Shown: positions 22,222 through 32,543 of the stretch, one piece after another
How the letters are laid out: each line of letters begins with the position of its first letter
Position numbering within the stretch: the stretch's first letter is position 1
Source of the DNA: Escherichia coli
GTDB lineage: Bacteria; Pseudomonadota; Gammaproteobacteria; Enterobacterales; Enterobacteriaceae
DNA length: 64,000 nt
Assembly (NCBI RefSeq): GCF_017348835.2
Contig: NZ_CP071375.1
Direction: 5' to 3' (one strand)
The notes under the pieces: model-generated
Told to the model about the DNA's origin: nothing
Databases searched by the model: none
The model's input: the letters and a program-made list of their open reading frames with translations, nothing else
Made by a program: the position numbers and the translations under genes

Positions 22222-22356
22222 GAAAAAAGCCAGGTTAAGAATGGGAAAACACCGTCATGGTAATAAAATTGTAAATTTATGGAAAACGAAACGGCACTAT
22301 ACGTTAATTAATTGAGAAAATTGTAGTCGTAACGGCAAGAAATGCTCCACATTTGA

Positions 22357-22376
22357 GAAAATAATGATTACCATTC
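22357..22376. promoter_or_regulatory. candidate Fur box in the yncD-yncE divergent intergenic region
   Basis: gaaaATAATGATtAcCATTc resembles the Fur consensus GATAATGATAATCATTATC. Confidence 0.4.
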
Positions 22377-22462
22377 CCATTTATAACAAGAGCGTAACGA
22401 TGATTACGCTTAGCGAAGCATTGTGAAGCAGCAAAAATATCGGTTCATCAAAGGGAGTCGTC

Positions 22463-23524
22463 ATGCATTTACGTCATCTGTTTTCATCGCGCCTGCGTGG
22501 TTCATTACTGTTAGGTTCATTGCTTGTTGCTTCATCATTCAGTACACAGGCCGCAGAAGAAATGCTGCGTAAAGCGGTAGGTAAAGGTGCCTACGAAATG
22601 GCTTATAGCCAGCAAGAAAACGCGCTGTGGCTCGCCACTTCGCAAAGCCGCAAACTGGATAAAGGTGGCGTGGTTTATCGTCTTGATCCGGTCACTCTGG
22701 AAGTTACGCAGGCGATCCACAACGATCTCAAGCCGTTTGGTGTCACCATCAATAACACGACTCAGACGTTGTGGTTTGGTAACACCGTAAACAGCGCGGT
22801 CACGGCGATAGATGCCAAAACGGGCGAAGTGAAAGGCCGTCTGGTGCTGGATGATCGTAAGCGCACGGAAGAGGTGCGCCCGCTGCAACCGCGTGAGCTG
22901 GTAGCTGATGATGCCACGAACACCGTTTACATCAGTGGTATTGGTAAAGAGAGCGTGATTTGGGTCGTTGATGGCGAGAATATCAAACTGAAAACCGCCA
23001 TCCAGAACACCGGGAAAATGAGTACCGGTCTGGCGCTGGATAGCAAAGGCAAACGTCTTTACACCACTAACGCTGACGGCGAAATGATTACCATCGACAC
23101 CGCCGACAATAAAATCCTCAGCCGTAAAAAGCTGCTGGATGACGGCAAAGAGCACTTCTTTATCAACATTAGCCTTGATACCGCCAGGCAGCGTGCATTT
23201 ATCACCGATTCTAAAGCCGCAGAAGTGTTAGTGGTCGATACCCGTAATGGCAATATTCTGGCGAAGGTTGCGGCACCGGAATCACTGGCTGTGCTGTTTA
23301 ACCCCGCGCGTAATGAAGCCTACGTAACGCATCGTCAGGCAGGTAAAGTCAGTGTGATTGACGCGAAAAGCTATAAAGTGGTGAAAACGTTCGATACGCC
23401 GACTCATCCAAACAGCCTGGCGCTGTCTGCCGATGGCAAAACGCTGTATGTCAGTGTGAAACAAAAATCCACTAAACAGCAGGAAGCTACCCAGCCAGAC
23501 GATGTGATTCGTATTGCGCTGTAA
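22463..23524 (+). CDS. yncE: YncE periplasmic beta-propeller protein
   Basis: 353-aa ORF with signal peptide. Confidence 0.9.
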   Translation: MHLRHLFSSRLRGSLLLGSLLVASSFSTQAAEEMLRKAVGKGAYEMAYSQQENALWLATSQSRKLDKGGVVYRLDPVTLEVTQAIHNDLKPFGVTINNTTQTLWFGNTVNSAVTAIDAKTGEVKGRLVLDDRKRTEEVRPLQPRELVADDATNTVYISGIGKESVIWVVDGENIKLKTAIQNTGKMSTGLALDSKGKRLYTTNADGEMITIDTADNKILSRKKLLDDGKEHFFINISLDTARQRAFITDSKAAEVLVVDTRNGNILAKVAAPESLAVLFNPARNEAYVTHRQAGKVSVIDAKSYKVVKTFDTPTHPNSLALSADGKTLYVSVKQKSTKQQEATQPDDVIRIAL

Positions 23525-23607
23525 TAGATATGGCGAGGGTGAAAACGGAGAGACTTGCCTGACTTTTATCACGCCGCATGCGGCACCTTCGTCAGTAATC
23601 TAAATTT

Positions 23608-23630
23608 GCCCGGCACGTAGCCGGGCAATT
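23608..23630. terminator. bidirectional intrinsic terminator between yncE and ansP
   Basis: gcccggc-acgta-gccgggc flanked by AAATTT upstream and AATTTT downstream. Confidence 0.65.
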
Positions 23631-23636
23631 TTGCAA

Positions 23637-25136
23637 TTAGCTCGCCGTTTCAGGCTTAAACACAATTTCCTGTTTTTCTTCATCTTCCTCGACGACTGGC
23701 GCAGTGCTGTGAATTTCAGCAACGCGTTTGCGCACACCAAACCAGCCTATAACCAGCAGAATACCGATAATCGGCAGCGCCGCGATAGTATAAGTCCCGT
23801 TCGGGTAATCGAACGCCATCAGCACAAGGACACTCAGTAAAAACAGTAATGTCAGCCAGGAAGTGAAGGGCGCGCCAGGCAGTTTAAAACTGACATCCGC
23901 TGCTTTGCCTTCTTTAATCGCTTTACGCAGGCGCATCTGGCACACGATGATAAACGCCCATGAAGCGATGATTCCCAGCGACGCGAAGTTCAACACAATC
24001 TCAAATACGCGCGACGGCACCAGATAGTTGAGGAATACGCCGACGACATACACAACCAGTGTCGCCAGAATCCCGGCATACGGCACATGCTGACGACTCA
24101 TTTTCGCCATAAAACTCGGTGCGGAACCGCCCATCGCCATTGAGCGCAGAATACGTCCGGTGCAGTACAGACCTGAATTCAGGCTGGAGAGGGCAGCGGT
24201 CAGCACCACAATGTTCATAATGCTGCCGATATATGGCACACCCAGTTTAGAGAAAAACGTCACGAACGGACTTTGCCCCGCCTGATACGCGCTCCACGGC
24301 AATAACATAACCAGCAACACCACGGAGCCGACGTAAAACAGGCCAATACGCCAAATCACACTGTTAATCGCTTTAGGTACCATGGTCTGCGGATCTTTAC
24401 ATTCTCCGGCAGCTGTACCCACCATTTCAATGGAGGCAAAAGCAAACACTACGCCCTGAATCAACACCAGCGCAGGCAGCAAACCGTGGGGGAAGAAGCC
24501 GCCATTATCGGTGATTAAATGAAAGCCTGTGGTGTTGCCATCCAGCGGCTGACCACTACCGAGGAACACTGTACCTACGACCAAAAAGGTCACAATGGCG
24601 AGCACTTTAATAAGCGCAAACCAGAACTCCATCTCCGCAAACCATTTCACACCGATCATATTCATGGTGCCAACGATGGTAAGTGCAGCGAGCGCAAAGA
24701 CCCACTGCGGCACGCCGCCAAACGCACCCCAGTAATGCATATACAGAGCGACGGCGGTAATATCAACAATCCCCGTCATCGCCCAGTTGATGAAGTACAT
24801 CCAGCCAGCAACATAAGCGGCTTTCTCACCCAAAAACTCACGGGCATAAGAGACAAAACTGCCACTGGAAGGGCGGTGTAGCACCAGCTCACCCAATGCA
24901 CGCAGAATAAAAAACGAAAACAAGCCACAAATTAAATAAACCAGTGCCAGTGCTGGACCCGCCATTTGCAGTCGGGCTCCTGCACCTAAAAACAAGCCGG
25001 TGCCAATCGCGCCGCCAATGGCGATCATCTGTACCTGGCGATTGCCCATCGCTTTGTGATACCCCTCTTCGTGGGCATTAAGCCAGCGGCGTTTCGCGGC
25101 GTGTTGATCTGAAGTGTCGGTGTCGTGTTTACTCAT
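23637..25136 (-). CDS. ansP: AnsP L-asparagine permease (APC family)
   Basis: Start placed at MSKHDTDTSDQHAAKRRW; amino-acid permease fold. Confidence 0.9.
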   Translation of the reverse strand: MSKHDTDTSDQHAAKRRWLNAHEEGYHKAMGNRQVQMIAIGGAIGTGLFLGAGARLQMAGPALALVYLICGLFSFFILRALGELVLHRPSSGSFVSYAREFLGEKAAYVAGWMYFINWAMTGIVDITAVALYMHYWGAFGGVPQWVFALAALTIVGTMNMIGVKWFAEMEFWFALIKVLAIVTFLVVGTVFLGSGQPLDGNTTGFHLITDNGGFFPHGLLPALVLIQGVVFAFASIEMVGTAAGECKDPQTMVPKAINSVIWRIGLFYVGSVVLLVMLLPWSAYQAGQSPFVTFFSKLGVPYIGSIMNIVVLTAALSSLNSGLYCTGRILRSMAMGGSAPSFMAKMSRQHVPYAGILATLVVYVVGVFLNYLVPSRVFEIVLNFASLGIIASWAFIIVCQMRLRKAIKEGKAADVSFKLPGAPFTSWLTLLFLLSVLVLMAFDYPNGTYTIAALPIIGILLVIGWFGVRKRVAEIHSTAPVVEEDEEKQEIVFKPETAS

Positions 25137-26086
25137 TGCTCTCCCTGATTGCTTTAATGAAAAAGTCATATAAGTTGCCATGAACAATGTTTATTCATCC
25201 TGGCGATGATAGTTATCACCATTATTCTTTATGGGTATAAAACTATCGGCGCAGAATCCTACCTTTTATCGTGTAACGATGCAAAATAATCCCGCTATAC
25301 ATATGTGGGGATGAAGGCGGCGGCGACAAAATAGCAACCTGATGAAATTATGACGGAAACAACCACTATTAGTTTGATGATACCCGACTGCAGTCCAACT
25401 CTTTCGCCACTCGTTCGTCGCTCTGAAAGCCTGTGGTTGCAGTGGACACTGGTGTGGTTGGTCTTCGCTGTTTATCATTGAATAGTGAGGGGCTAGCACA
25501 TGACGGGTTTTAGGGGTAATACGCCAAATACCAATACAATTGCTGATTAGATGTGCCAGTTACCGACGTTACAGAAAGTGCCAAAAAATGTAAGAGGGAT
25601 GTCGGGTGATAAACGCGCTATTGCCCAACAGGAGTTTCTGGAATTAGTCCTGTTCCATGGTCATTACAACTCTTAAAACATTACTTCAATATAATTAATG
25701 TGTATATCATTCTCGATATTAATTTATGAAGTGAATTTGATATATTCCGAATTCTTAATTTACATTACTAATGTATGGGGCATAACGTTAAGATTGATAT
25801 GTGCAGATTAAGATATCAGGGTGGGGCGGTAGCGTTTACAGATATTAATCAATTGATGAGAATTATGTTAACTGCGTAATCATTTTCATCGGTTATTGAT
25901 ATTGAAGATAGATTAATAAAAATGCTGATAATTAATGTTAAGAAATAGAAATGGGAAACGTTGATAACTTGCTTTGATTTCATTTTCTATGAAGATGATG
26001 CCATCAATACTGTATAAAGTAAGAATGTTGAAAATCAAAGAGCGTTTGTGTTTTATCTGAAAGATATTATATCCAGGGGAAAGGAT

Positions 26087-26617
26087 ATGTCTTTAAGGAG
26101 AATGACATCTGGTGAATTAACATTGGCTAGATCGATTTTTGAGAATACAATTGATTATAGCAAGGTATGGATCCACAATGAAAAATATCTGCCTGGTCAA
26201 GGGGAAAGAACAGCGATGACCCCAAACGGGGAAATGTATTATCCTGATGCTGTTTATAGTTCAGATTATTCATCGCAAACAATGCCTGGTGATCGTGAAA
26301 CAGTAGCAGGTGCTTCTCACTTGTTTATTCATGAAATGATGCATGTTTGGCAATATCAGAAAGGGTATGCAGTTAAGTTGCGTGGTTTATTTTCCTGGGC
26401 GGCAAATTATCATTACGTTCTTAATTTACAGTCAATTTCTTCTTATTCCATGGAACAACAAGCATCTATAGTTGCTGATTATTGGCTATTGATTAACTAT
26501 GGACTGGTGGCTGATTTGGCAAATGTTAACTATGTAGGTGATACAACTGAATCAGTTAACACTCTATCGGAAAAATACAAAAAGGTGCTTAATTTATTTC
26601 CTGCGGGTGTCATATGA
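26087..26617 (+). CDS. DUF4157-like putative zinc metallopeptidase (HExxH); candidate polymorphic-toxin / T6SS effector domain protein
   Basis: ORF with HLFIHEMMHVWQYQ motif; start at ATG 26087 after AGGGGAAAGGA; lies in AT-rich DNA; absent from K-12 at this locus as recalled. Confidence 0.6.
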   Translation: MSLRRMTSGELTLARSIFENTIDYSKVWIHNEKYLPGQGERTAMTPNGEMYYPDAVYSSDYSSQTMPGDRETVAGASHLFIHEMMHVWQYQKGYAVKLRGLFSWAANYHYVLNLQSISSYSMEQQASIVADYWLLINYGLVADLANVNYVGDTTESVNTLSEKYKKVLNLFPAGVI

Positions 26618-26970
26618 AGAGGTTCTTTTTGTTTTTCTTTTTGTCGGGATGCACTGTTGGTGATTATGTTCGCCCATTGTTACCCGGTAATGTATATTTA
26701 CAAGATGGACGGGTTTGTTCAAAACCAGACGATGGAGATATTATTTCAAATTATATTTTATATGAAGGTAAATATGGCAATGCAATAAAGCTGAAAAGAG
26801 TAACAGGTCAGTTCGATCCCGTATGTATTGACATAAGTGAGCTATCTCCAGATGTTATTTATATCGGGCAATATATGCTCTCCTCCGGAAGTAAAAAAGA
26901 ATACTATGGTTTTAGGATAATTAGATCCGGAGTACGTATTTTAAGACTTGATGATAACCATATCAAATAA
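26614..26970 (+). CDS. small lipoprotein, candidate cognate immunity protein
   Basis: 118-aa ORF, signal peptide plus lipobox FFLSGC; ATG overlaps upstream stop (ATGA). Confidence 0.6.
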   Translation: MKRFFLFFFLSGCTVGDYVRPLLPGNVYLQDGRVCSKPDDGDIISNYILYEGKYGNAIKLKRVTGQFDPVCIDISELSPDVIYIGQYMLSSGSKKEYYGFRIIRSGVRILRLDDNHIK

Positions 26971-27190
26971 CAGATTAAAAATTTTATTAGTTTCATTAAT
27001 GTGCTTTAGGTGAATGTTTTCACCAGGTTAACATGACGGTGCATTCTTCAAGGCATATATGGTTGATAGTATCTTCAGTAGCTCGCATAAGTATTGAGAT
27101 GTTTTACGCCAGTTACGAATATATTGCATATTTTATTCTCTGTAAGATTTCTTATTAGCACTTAGCCATTTCTAGTTAAAAGGATTAATT

Positions 27191-29185
27191 ATGAGTTTTG
27201 CAGCTACAGATTATCCATCCGGCGCACTAACTGGATCGGGTACACATAACGTGACTTTGAGCGGCAGCGCAGTTCCTGATGGAATGTTACTGTTTGCAAG
27301 CTTAGGGGGTACAGAAACAGTAGGGGAACTATTTACTTATTCTATTAAATTAAAAACTCCTGACATCCTGAACCTGGGCTATGTTTCCCCTGCCGCAAAC
27401 CTGCAGCTCAAACCGATGGTGGGCAAAGATCTGTGCGTCCATATCGAACTGGATGGCGGCGGAAAACGTTATATCAGCGGGCTGGTGACGGCGGCACGCG
27501 TGGCTGGTCATCAAGGACGTTCGGTGGTGTATGAACTGCGGCTCGAACCGTGGTTAAAAATACTGACCCACACTAGTGACTACAAAGCGTTTCAGAATAA
27601 AAACGTGGTGGACATCCTGGATGAGGTACTGGATGAGTATCCCTGGCCAGTGGAAAAACGGCTGGTGGAAAATTATCCGACTCGCGCCTGGCAGGTGCAG
27701 TACGGTGAAACAGATTTCGCTTTTATTCAGCGCCTGATGCAGGAGTGGGGTATCTACTGGTGGTTTGAGCACAGCGAGAACAGTCACACGTTAGTGCTGG
27801 CTGATGCCATTAATGTCCACAAGGCATGCGCAGATTCGCCGCTGGTGTGTTATTACCAGAAAGGGCTGAAACTGGACAAGGAGTTTATCCATACCATCAC
27901 AGCAAATGAAAGTCTGCGCAGCGGACAGTGGGTGCTGAATGATTTCGACTTTATGAAGCCGCGTTCACTGCTGAAGAGCACCGTGGCTAATCCGCGTGAA
28001 ACCGGCCTTGCTGAATATGAGCACTACGAATGGCCGGGAGATTACTTCACAAAGAGTGAAGGTGAAATGCTGACACGCATTCGCATGGAAGAACAGCGTA
28101 GCCCCGGTAGTCGGGTACAGGGCAGCGGCAATATTCGTACCCTGATGACAGGTTTTTCCTTCACCCTGGAAAACTATCCGACAGCCGAAGTGAACCGGGA
28201 ATATCTGCTGGTACAGACCACGCTATTTATACAGGACAATGCGCAACACAGCGGCCAGGAGCAGCATTTCTCTTACTCAACCAGTTTTGAACTGCATCCC
28301 ACCAGCGAAGTTTACCGCCCACAACGAACCCTGAGTAAACCCCACACTAAAGGCCCGCAGAGCGCCATCGTCACCGGCCCGGCAGGGCAGGAAATCTGGA
28401 CAGATAAATATGGCCGGGTGAAAGTTCAGTTTGGCTGGGATCGTTACGGTAAGAATGACGAAAACAGCTCCTGCTGGGTCCGTGTCAGTTATCCGTGGGC
28501 GGGTAAAGGATTCGGTGGCATTCAGATCCCGCGCATTGGTCAGGAAGTACTGGTGGATTTCAAAAACGGTGATCCGGATTTACCGATAATCGTTGGGCGT
28601 ACCTACAACCAGGACACCATGCCACCGTGGGGACTACCGGGCGCAGCGACGCAAAGCGGGTTTTACAGCCATACTATCGGCGGCGGCCCAACCAATGCCA
28701 ACGCACTACGTTTTGAGGATAAACCTGGCGGTGAAGAGGTCTGGCTACATGCCGAAAAAGATCAGCGGATTGAAGTAAATAATAATGAAAGCCACTGGGT
28801 GGGCAATAATCGCCTTAAAGTCATTGATAAAACAGAAACAGCGATAATTGGTGAGGAACGTTCTCTTACAGTTCAGATGGATGATACCTCCCTTGCCGGA
28901 CAAAATAAAACGATTCAGGCCGTACAGAATTTACGCCTTGCTGCGGGAGATTCCATAATTCTTAGTTGTGGGAAAACTATCCTGCAAATGACCAGTGACG
29001 GAATATTTAATATAACCTGTAAGAATTTTAATATTACTGCAACAGAAAATGGAAAGATAAATACACAATCAGGTCAGCTTGATTTAAATATGAATGACAG
29101 GGCTGCAGATATACTTCCGCCTGGAGCATCGGAAAAAACAGCCCTTCAGTTGGCGATAGACGTCGCCTTCATGACTAAAAAATAA
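27191..29185 (+). CDS. vgrG: VgrG type VI secretion spike protein (orphan, Rhs-associated)
   Basis: 664-aa ORF with gp27/gp5-like VgrG signatures ([45 protein letters not shown]). Confidence 0.88.
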   Translation: MSFAATDYPSGALTGSGTHNVTLSGSAVPDGMLLFASLGGTETVGELFTYSIKLKTPDILNLGYVSPAANLQLKPMVGKDLCVHIELDGGGKRYISGLVTAARVAGHQGRSVVYELRLEPWLKILTHTSDYKAFQNKNVVDILDEVLDEYPWPVEKRLVENYPTRAWQVQYGETDFAFIQRLMQEWGIYWWFEHSENSHTLVLADAINVHKACADSPLVCYYQKGLKLDKEFIHTITANESLRSGQWVLNDFDFMKPRSLLKSTVANPRETGLAEYEHYEWPGDYFTKSEGEMLTRIRMEEQRSPGSRVQGSGNIRTLMTGFSFTLENYPTAEVNREYLLVQTTLFIQDNAQHSGQEQHFSYSTSFELHPTSEVYRPQRTLSKPHTKGPQSAIVTGPAGQEIWTDKYGRVKVQFGWDRYGKNDENSSCWVRVSYPWAGKGFGGIQIPRIGQEVLVDFKNGDPDLPIIVGRTYNQDTMPPWGLPGAATQSGFYSHTIGGGPTNANALRFEDKPGGEEVWLHAEKDQRIEVNNNESHWVGNNRLKVIDKTETAIIGEERSLTVQMDDTSLAGQNKTIQAVQNLRLAAGDSIILSCGKTILQMTSDGIFNITCKNFNITATENGKINTQSGQLDLNMNDRAADILPPGASEKTALQLAIDVAFMTKK

Positions 29186-29235
29186 ATAAAAACCATCATT
29201 AAATAATTTATTAATTAAAAAGGACTCATATCATT

Positions 29236-29688
29236 ATGACGGAGTATTATCTCAATGAAACTGTTGTAACTTTTCCCGGGAATATTATTCAGGACAGCAC
29301 TATTAATATGCTGCGCCTCAGCGATCCCGACGCTGCACTCATTATCAGTCGGGGCCAGATGCAGGAAGGAGACGAATTAGCCTCCCAGATTGAACAGCAA
29401 ATGAAAAAACTGGAGAAACAGGTAAAGGATCTTCACTACACGCCCGTTCAGGTAACACGGGTAGGGATTAATGACGGTGAACAAGGGCTGGAAATACAGA
29501 GCCAGTTTCTCAGGGGTAACGAGCAGGTGTACCAGTGTCAGGTGGCATTTGTGTTGCCGGGTGAGCGAGTCATGATGGCCTTCACCTACGCCAGAACCAC
29601 ACCGCTGACCCCGGCAGATATGACGCGCTGGGCTGAAATTAAAAAGAATCTGCGCTTCAGGATGCGGCAGGAAGCCAGGACGAATTAA
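29236..29688 (+). CDS. DUF1795-family Eag chaperone for prePAAR effectors
   Basis: 150-aa ORF between vgrG and the prePAAR-Rhs gene, the canonical chaperone position. Confidence 0.7.
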   Translation: MTEYYLNETVVTFPGNIIQDSTINMLRLSDPDAALIISRGQMQEGDELASQIEQQMKKLEKQVKDLHYTPVQVTRVGINDGEQGLEIQSQFLRGNEQVYQCQVAFVLPGERVMMAFTYARTTPLTPADMTRWAEIKKNLRFRMRQEARTN

Positions 29689-29706
29689 TCATACAGGGAA
29701 CGGGAC

Positions 29707-31077
29707 ATGGAAGAGGCATTCTGGGCGGCAAGACAGGGTGATGCCCTGCTGCATACGTCGTTTATGGCAGATGTGCTGGGGGCGGTGCTGGAGGTGGCCG
29801 CAAATGTCGTTATTGATGCCCTCATTGTCGGCACAACCTCGTTACTGGCGACGTCAGTGGGGATCACGATGGGGTGCACGGCCGTCGTGCTGACCGGTTT
29901 TGTGGCGGGTGTGGCGATGGTGTACACCGGCGTGACAGAAAAGGTCAGCGAAGCCTGTTCAGCCCTCGCAAATATGCTTTTCCCGCCTCAGATTGAAGGT
30001 TACATCCTCACCGGCTCTGGTGACACATGGATCAACAGCAAACCTGCCGCGCGGGCAGCGGCTACTGCGGCATCGCGGCAGGACATTGAGGCGCAGGACG
30101 CGCAGGCGAAGGCGGAACAGGAAGAAGCGCAGCGTCAGGAGGATGCCAGAACGTTCCGGGATGTGGCCGGGGAATATCTGGAAATGGCGGGGGCCATAGC
30201 CCTGGCGGTTAACCCGGTGACAGGGCCTGTGCTGATGTCCCGGGCGCTGCACGACCAGCTCAGCACGGAAGAAGGGCGTTCTGAAATGGTGGATGGCGTG
30301 ACACATTTTGTGTCGGAACTATGGCAGCCCACTGTGGCCAGTGCGGCCCCGGGCTCCACCCCGACCCCTGACGATAAAATCGACTGCCATAAACATCCTT
30401 CCTCACTGACGCAGTTTCTCGCACAAAAAAAAGCCGCCTTTCTGGATGCCCCCCTGGGAACGGCCCTTAACCTGCTGAGTCCGGACGGTATGCTGGAAAC
30501 CGCCTTTCAGGGAGTGAATGCGGTTATTGGCAGCATCAGTAATCTGTTCAAAGGCGATGACGAGCCGCCCGCAGCGGAATATATCGCGGAAGGCGCGCGG
30601 GATGTGCGTATCAACAGCCAGCCGGCGGCACGCAGCGGGGCACGCTGTACCTGCGAGGCCAGGGTGGTGAATGAGCCGGGGAACGGGGCGTTTGTGTCAC
30701 CGGATGTGCGCATTGGCGGTCCGTTACTGGTGGCCAGGGATATCAGAAGCGGCAGGTCGCAGATAACCCTGGTGGCAACCGTGGCGCTGATGTTTCTTCG
30801 CCCGGGCAAAATGCTTTCTAAAATCGCCTGTTTTGCTGCCAGTGTCGGGATGAGCATGCTGACGCAGAAGGCCACCAGTGCCCTTCCGCATCCGGTCAAT
30901 GCCGCCACCGGGGCCAAATACCTGGCCGATGACGATGACTTCGATTTCAGTCTGCCGGGCCACTTTCCGCTGGACTGGCAGCGCGTGTACAGCAGTCGTG
31001 ACGAACGCACGGAAGGAATGTTTGGTCAGGGCTGGAGTGTGATGTATGAAGTCAGCCTCGTGCGCACACCGGGTATC
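29707..31077 (+). pseudogene. Rhs polymorphic toxin, N-terminal fragment (prePAAR, TM helices, PAAR, start of Rhs core) truncated by deletion
   Basis: prePAAR motif AARQGDALLH at residues 7-16; hydrophobic helices; PAAR-region homology (HPVNAATGAKYL...FGQGWS); reading frame then runs into nhoA-derived sequence. Confidence 0.75.
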
Positions 31078-31475
31078 GGTTGTTGCAGGAGGGTGATGAT
31101 TGGGTGTTGCAGTTTAATCATCATCAGCATTGGCAGTCGATGTACCGTTTTGATCTCTGCGAGCAGCAACAAAGCGATTATGTGATGGGCAATTTCTGGT
31201 CGGCGCACTGGCCGCAGTCGCATTTTCGCCATCATTTGCTGATGTGCCGCCATTTGCCGGACGGCGGCAAGCTGACACTGACCAATTTTCATTTTACCCA
31301 TTATGAAAATGGGCACGCGGTGGAGCAGCGAAATCTACCGGATGTGGCGTCGTTATATGCTGTGATGCAAGAACAGTTTAGTCTGGGCGTGGACGATGCG
31401 AAACATGGCTTTACCGTGGATGAGTTGGCGCTGGTGATGGCGGCGTTTGATACGCACCCGGAGGCGGGAAAATAA
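31078..31475 (+). pseudogene. nhoA: nhoA (arylamine N-acetyltransferase) 3' fragment lacking 5' half
   Basis: Translation LLQEGDDWVLQFNHHQHWQSMYRFD...THPEAGK matches the NhoA C-terminal region as recalled; no N-terminus or start codon present. Confidence 0.75.
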
Positions 31476-31479
31476 TTTA

Positions 31480-31550
31480 TGTCAGGTTGCCGGATGCGGC
31501 GTAAACGCCTTATCCGGCATACATTAGCCCGGTTGTAGACCTGACAGGCG
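31480..31550. repeat. REP element(s) between nhoA remnant and yddE
   Basis: gccggatgcggcgtaaacgccttatccggc core with flanking gtcagg/cctgac inverted repeat. Confidence 0.75.
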
Positions 31551-31570
31551 AAGCGCATCAGACAACGGTT

Positions 31571-32464
31571 TCAGAGTTCAATTGCCCATTCGGCATGAAA
31601 CAAAATCACCGCCGCGCCAGAAATGGTGACTTTTTCCGGTTGGTTATCACGAATTGTCACCGTCACTTCAATCACGCCGTCACGCCCCAATGCGCGCCCC
31701 TGATGGCCTTTAACACGCAGCACCTTGCCATCGTGGGGCAATACGTTGTGATGTACCAACCATGCACCCATCGGGCCATTGGCATTGCCAGTCACCGGAT
31801 CTTCCACAATACCAATCGCAGGCGAGAACATGCGACCATCGGTTTCGTTTTTGCCTGGGCGGATCTGGAACGGGAAGAAACCATTGCAGCCAATCTGTTT
31901 GCTGATAGCGCTCAGCGCAGCAAGATCAGGCGAAAGGGCGTCGATATCCACTTCTGGTTTCAACGGGATCATCACTTTTGAGTGTCCTGTTGTTGCCACC
32001 TGAATTGGCAAGCCTGCCAGAATATCGTCCTCAGTGAGATGAAGCGCGTTGATAATCGCCGCACGTGTTTCACCTTCCAGCGGTGGCTCAAAGCCCGGCG
32101 TACCTTGTTCCAGCGAAATACGATAATCATCGTTGTGCTTTTCGATAGTCACGCGATGTTTTCCTGCCAGTGACGTTTGCCAGATCGTGCAATTTCCTAA
32201 ACCTAACACCTTCGCACGTACATAGTGCGCAGCTACTGTCGCGTGACCGCAAATCGGCACTTCAACCGTTGGCGTAAAGTAGCGGATGCGCACATCGCTG
32301 TCGTCGCTGTGCAGCAGAAAAGCAGTTTCCGAATGGCCTAACTCGCGGGCGATAAGCTGCATTTGCGCTTCGCTAAGATTATCGGCGGGGAAAACAACAC
32401 CGGCAGAATTGCCGCGAAATGGTTGAGAGGTAAAAGCATCGACGTGGTAAACCTGCGGTTTCAT
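31571..32464 (-). CDS. yddE: YddE PhzF-family isomerase-like protein
   Basis: 297-aa ORF of PhzF fold family at K-12-equivalent position. Confidence 0.88.
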   Translation of the reverse strand: MKPQVYHVDAFTSQPFRGNSAGVVFPADNLSEAQMQLIARELGHSETAFLLHSDDSDVRIRYFTPTVEVPICGHATVAAHYVRAKVLGLGNCTIWQTSLAGKHRVTIEKHNDDYRISLEQGTPGFEPPLEGETRAAIINALHLTEDDILAGLPIQVATTGHSKVMIPLKPEVDIDALSPDLAALSAISKQIGCNGFFPFQIRPGKNETDGRMFSPAIGIVEDPVTGNANGPMGAWLVHHNVLPHDGKVLRVKGHQGRALGRDGVIEVTVTIRDNQPEKVTISGAAVILFHAEWAIEL

Positions 32465-32543
32465 TAACGTTCTCCTGTGGCTGGAGAACTATCATAGCCT
32501 GCAAGTGGCCGGAGAGCGAAGGGCTATCCGGCCAGGGTGAAAA

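Noticed and set aside
25350-25481. 43-codon ORF (MTETTTISLMIPDCSPTLSPLVRRSESLWLQWTLVWLVFAVYH) in the AT-rich block after ansP
   Set aside because: No Shine-Dalgarno sequence at suitable spacing and no recognisable family; likely chance ORF.
25266-25499. 77-aa minus-strand ORF in the same intergenic block
   Set aside because: Cys/Arg-rich low-complexity translation with no signals; typical of a spurious ORF.
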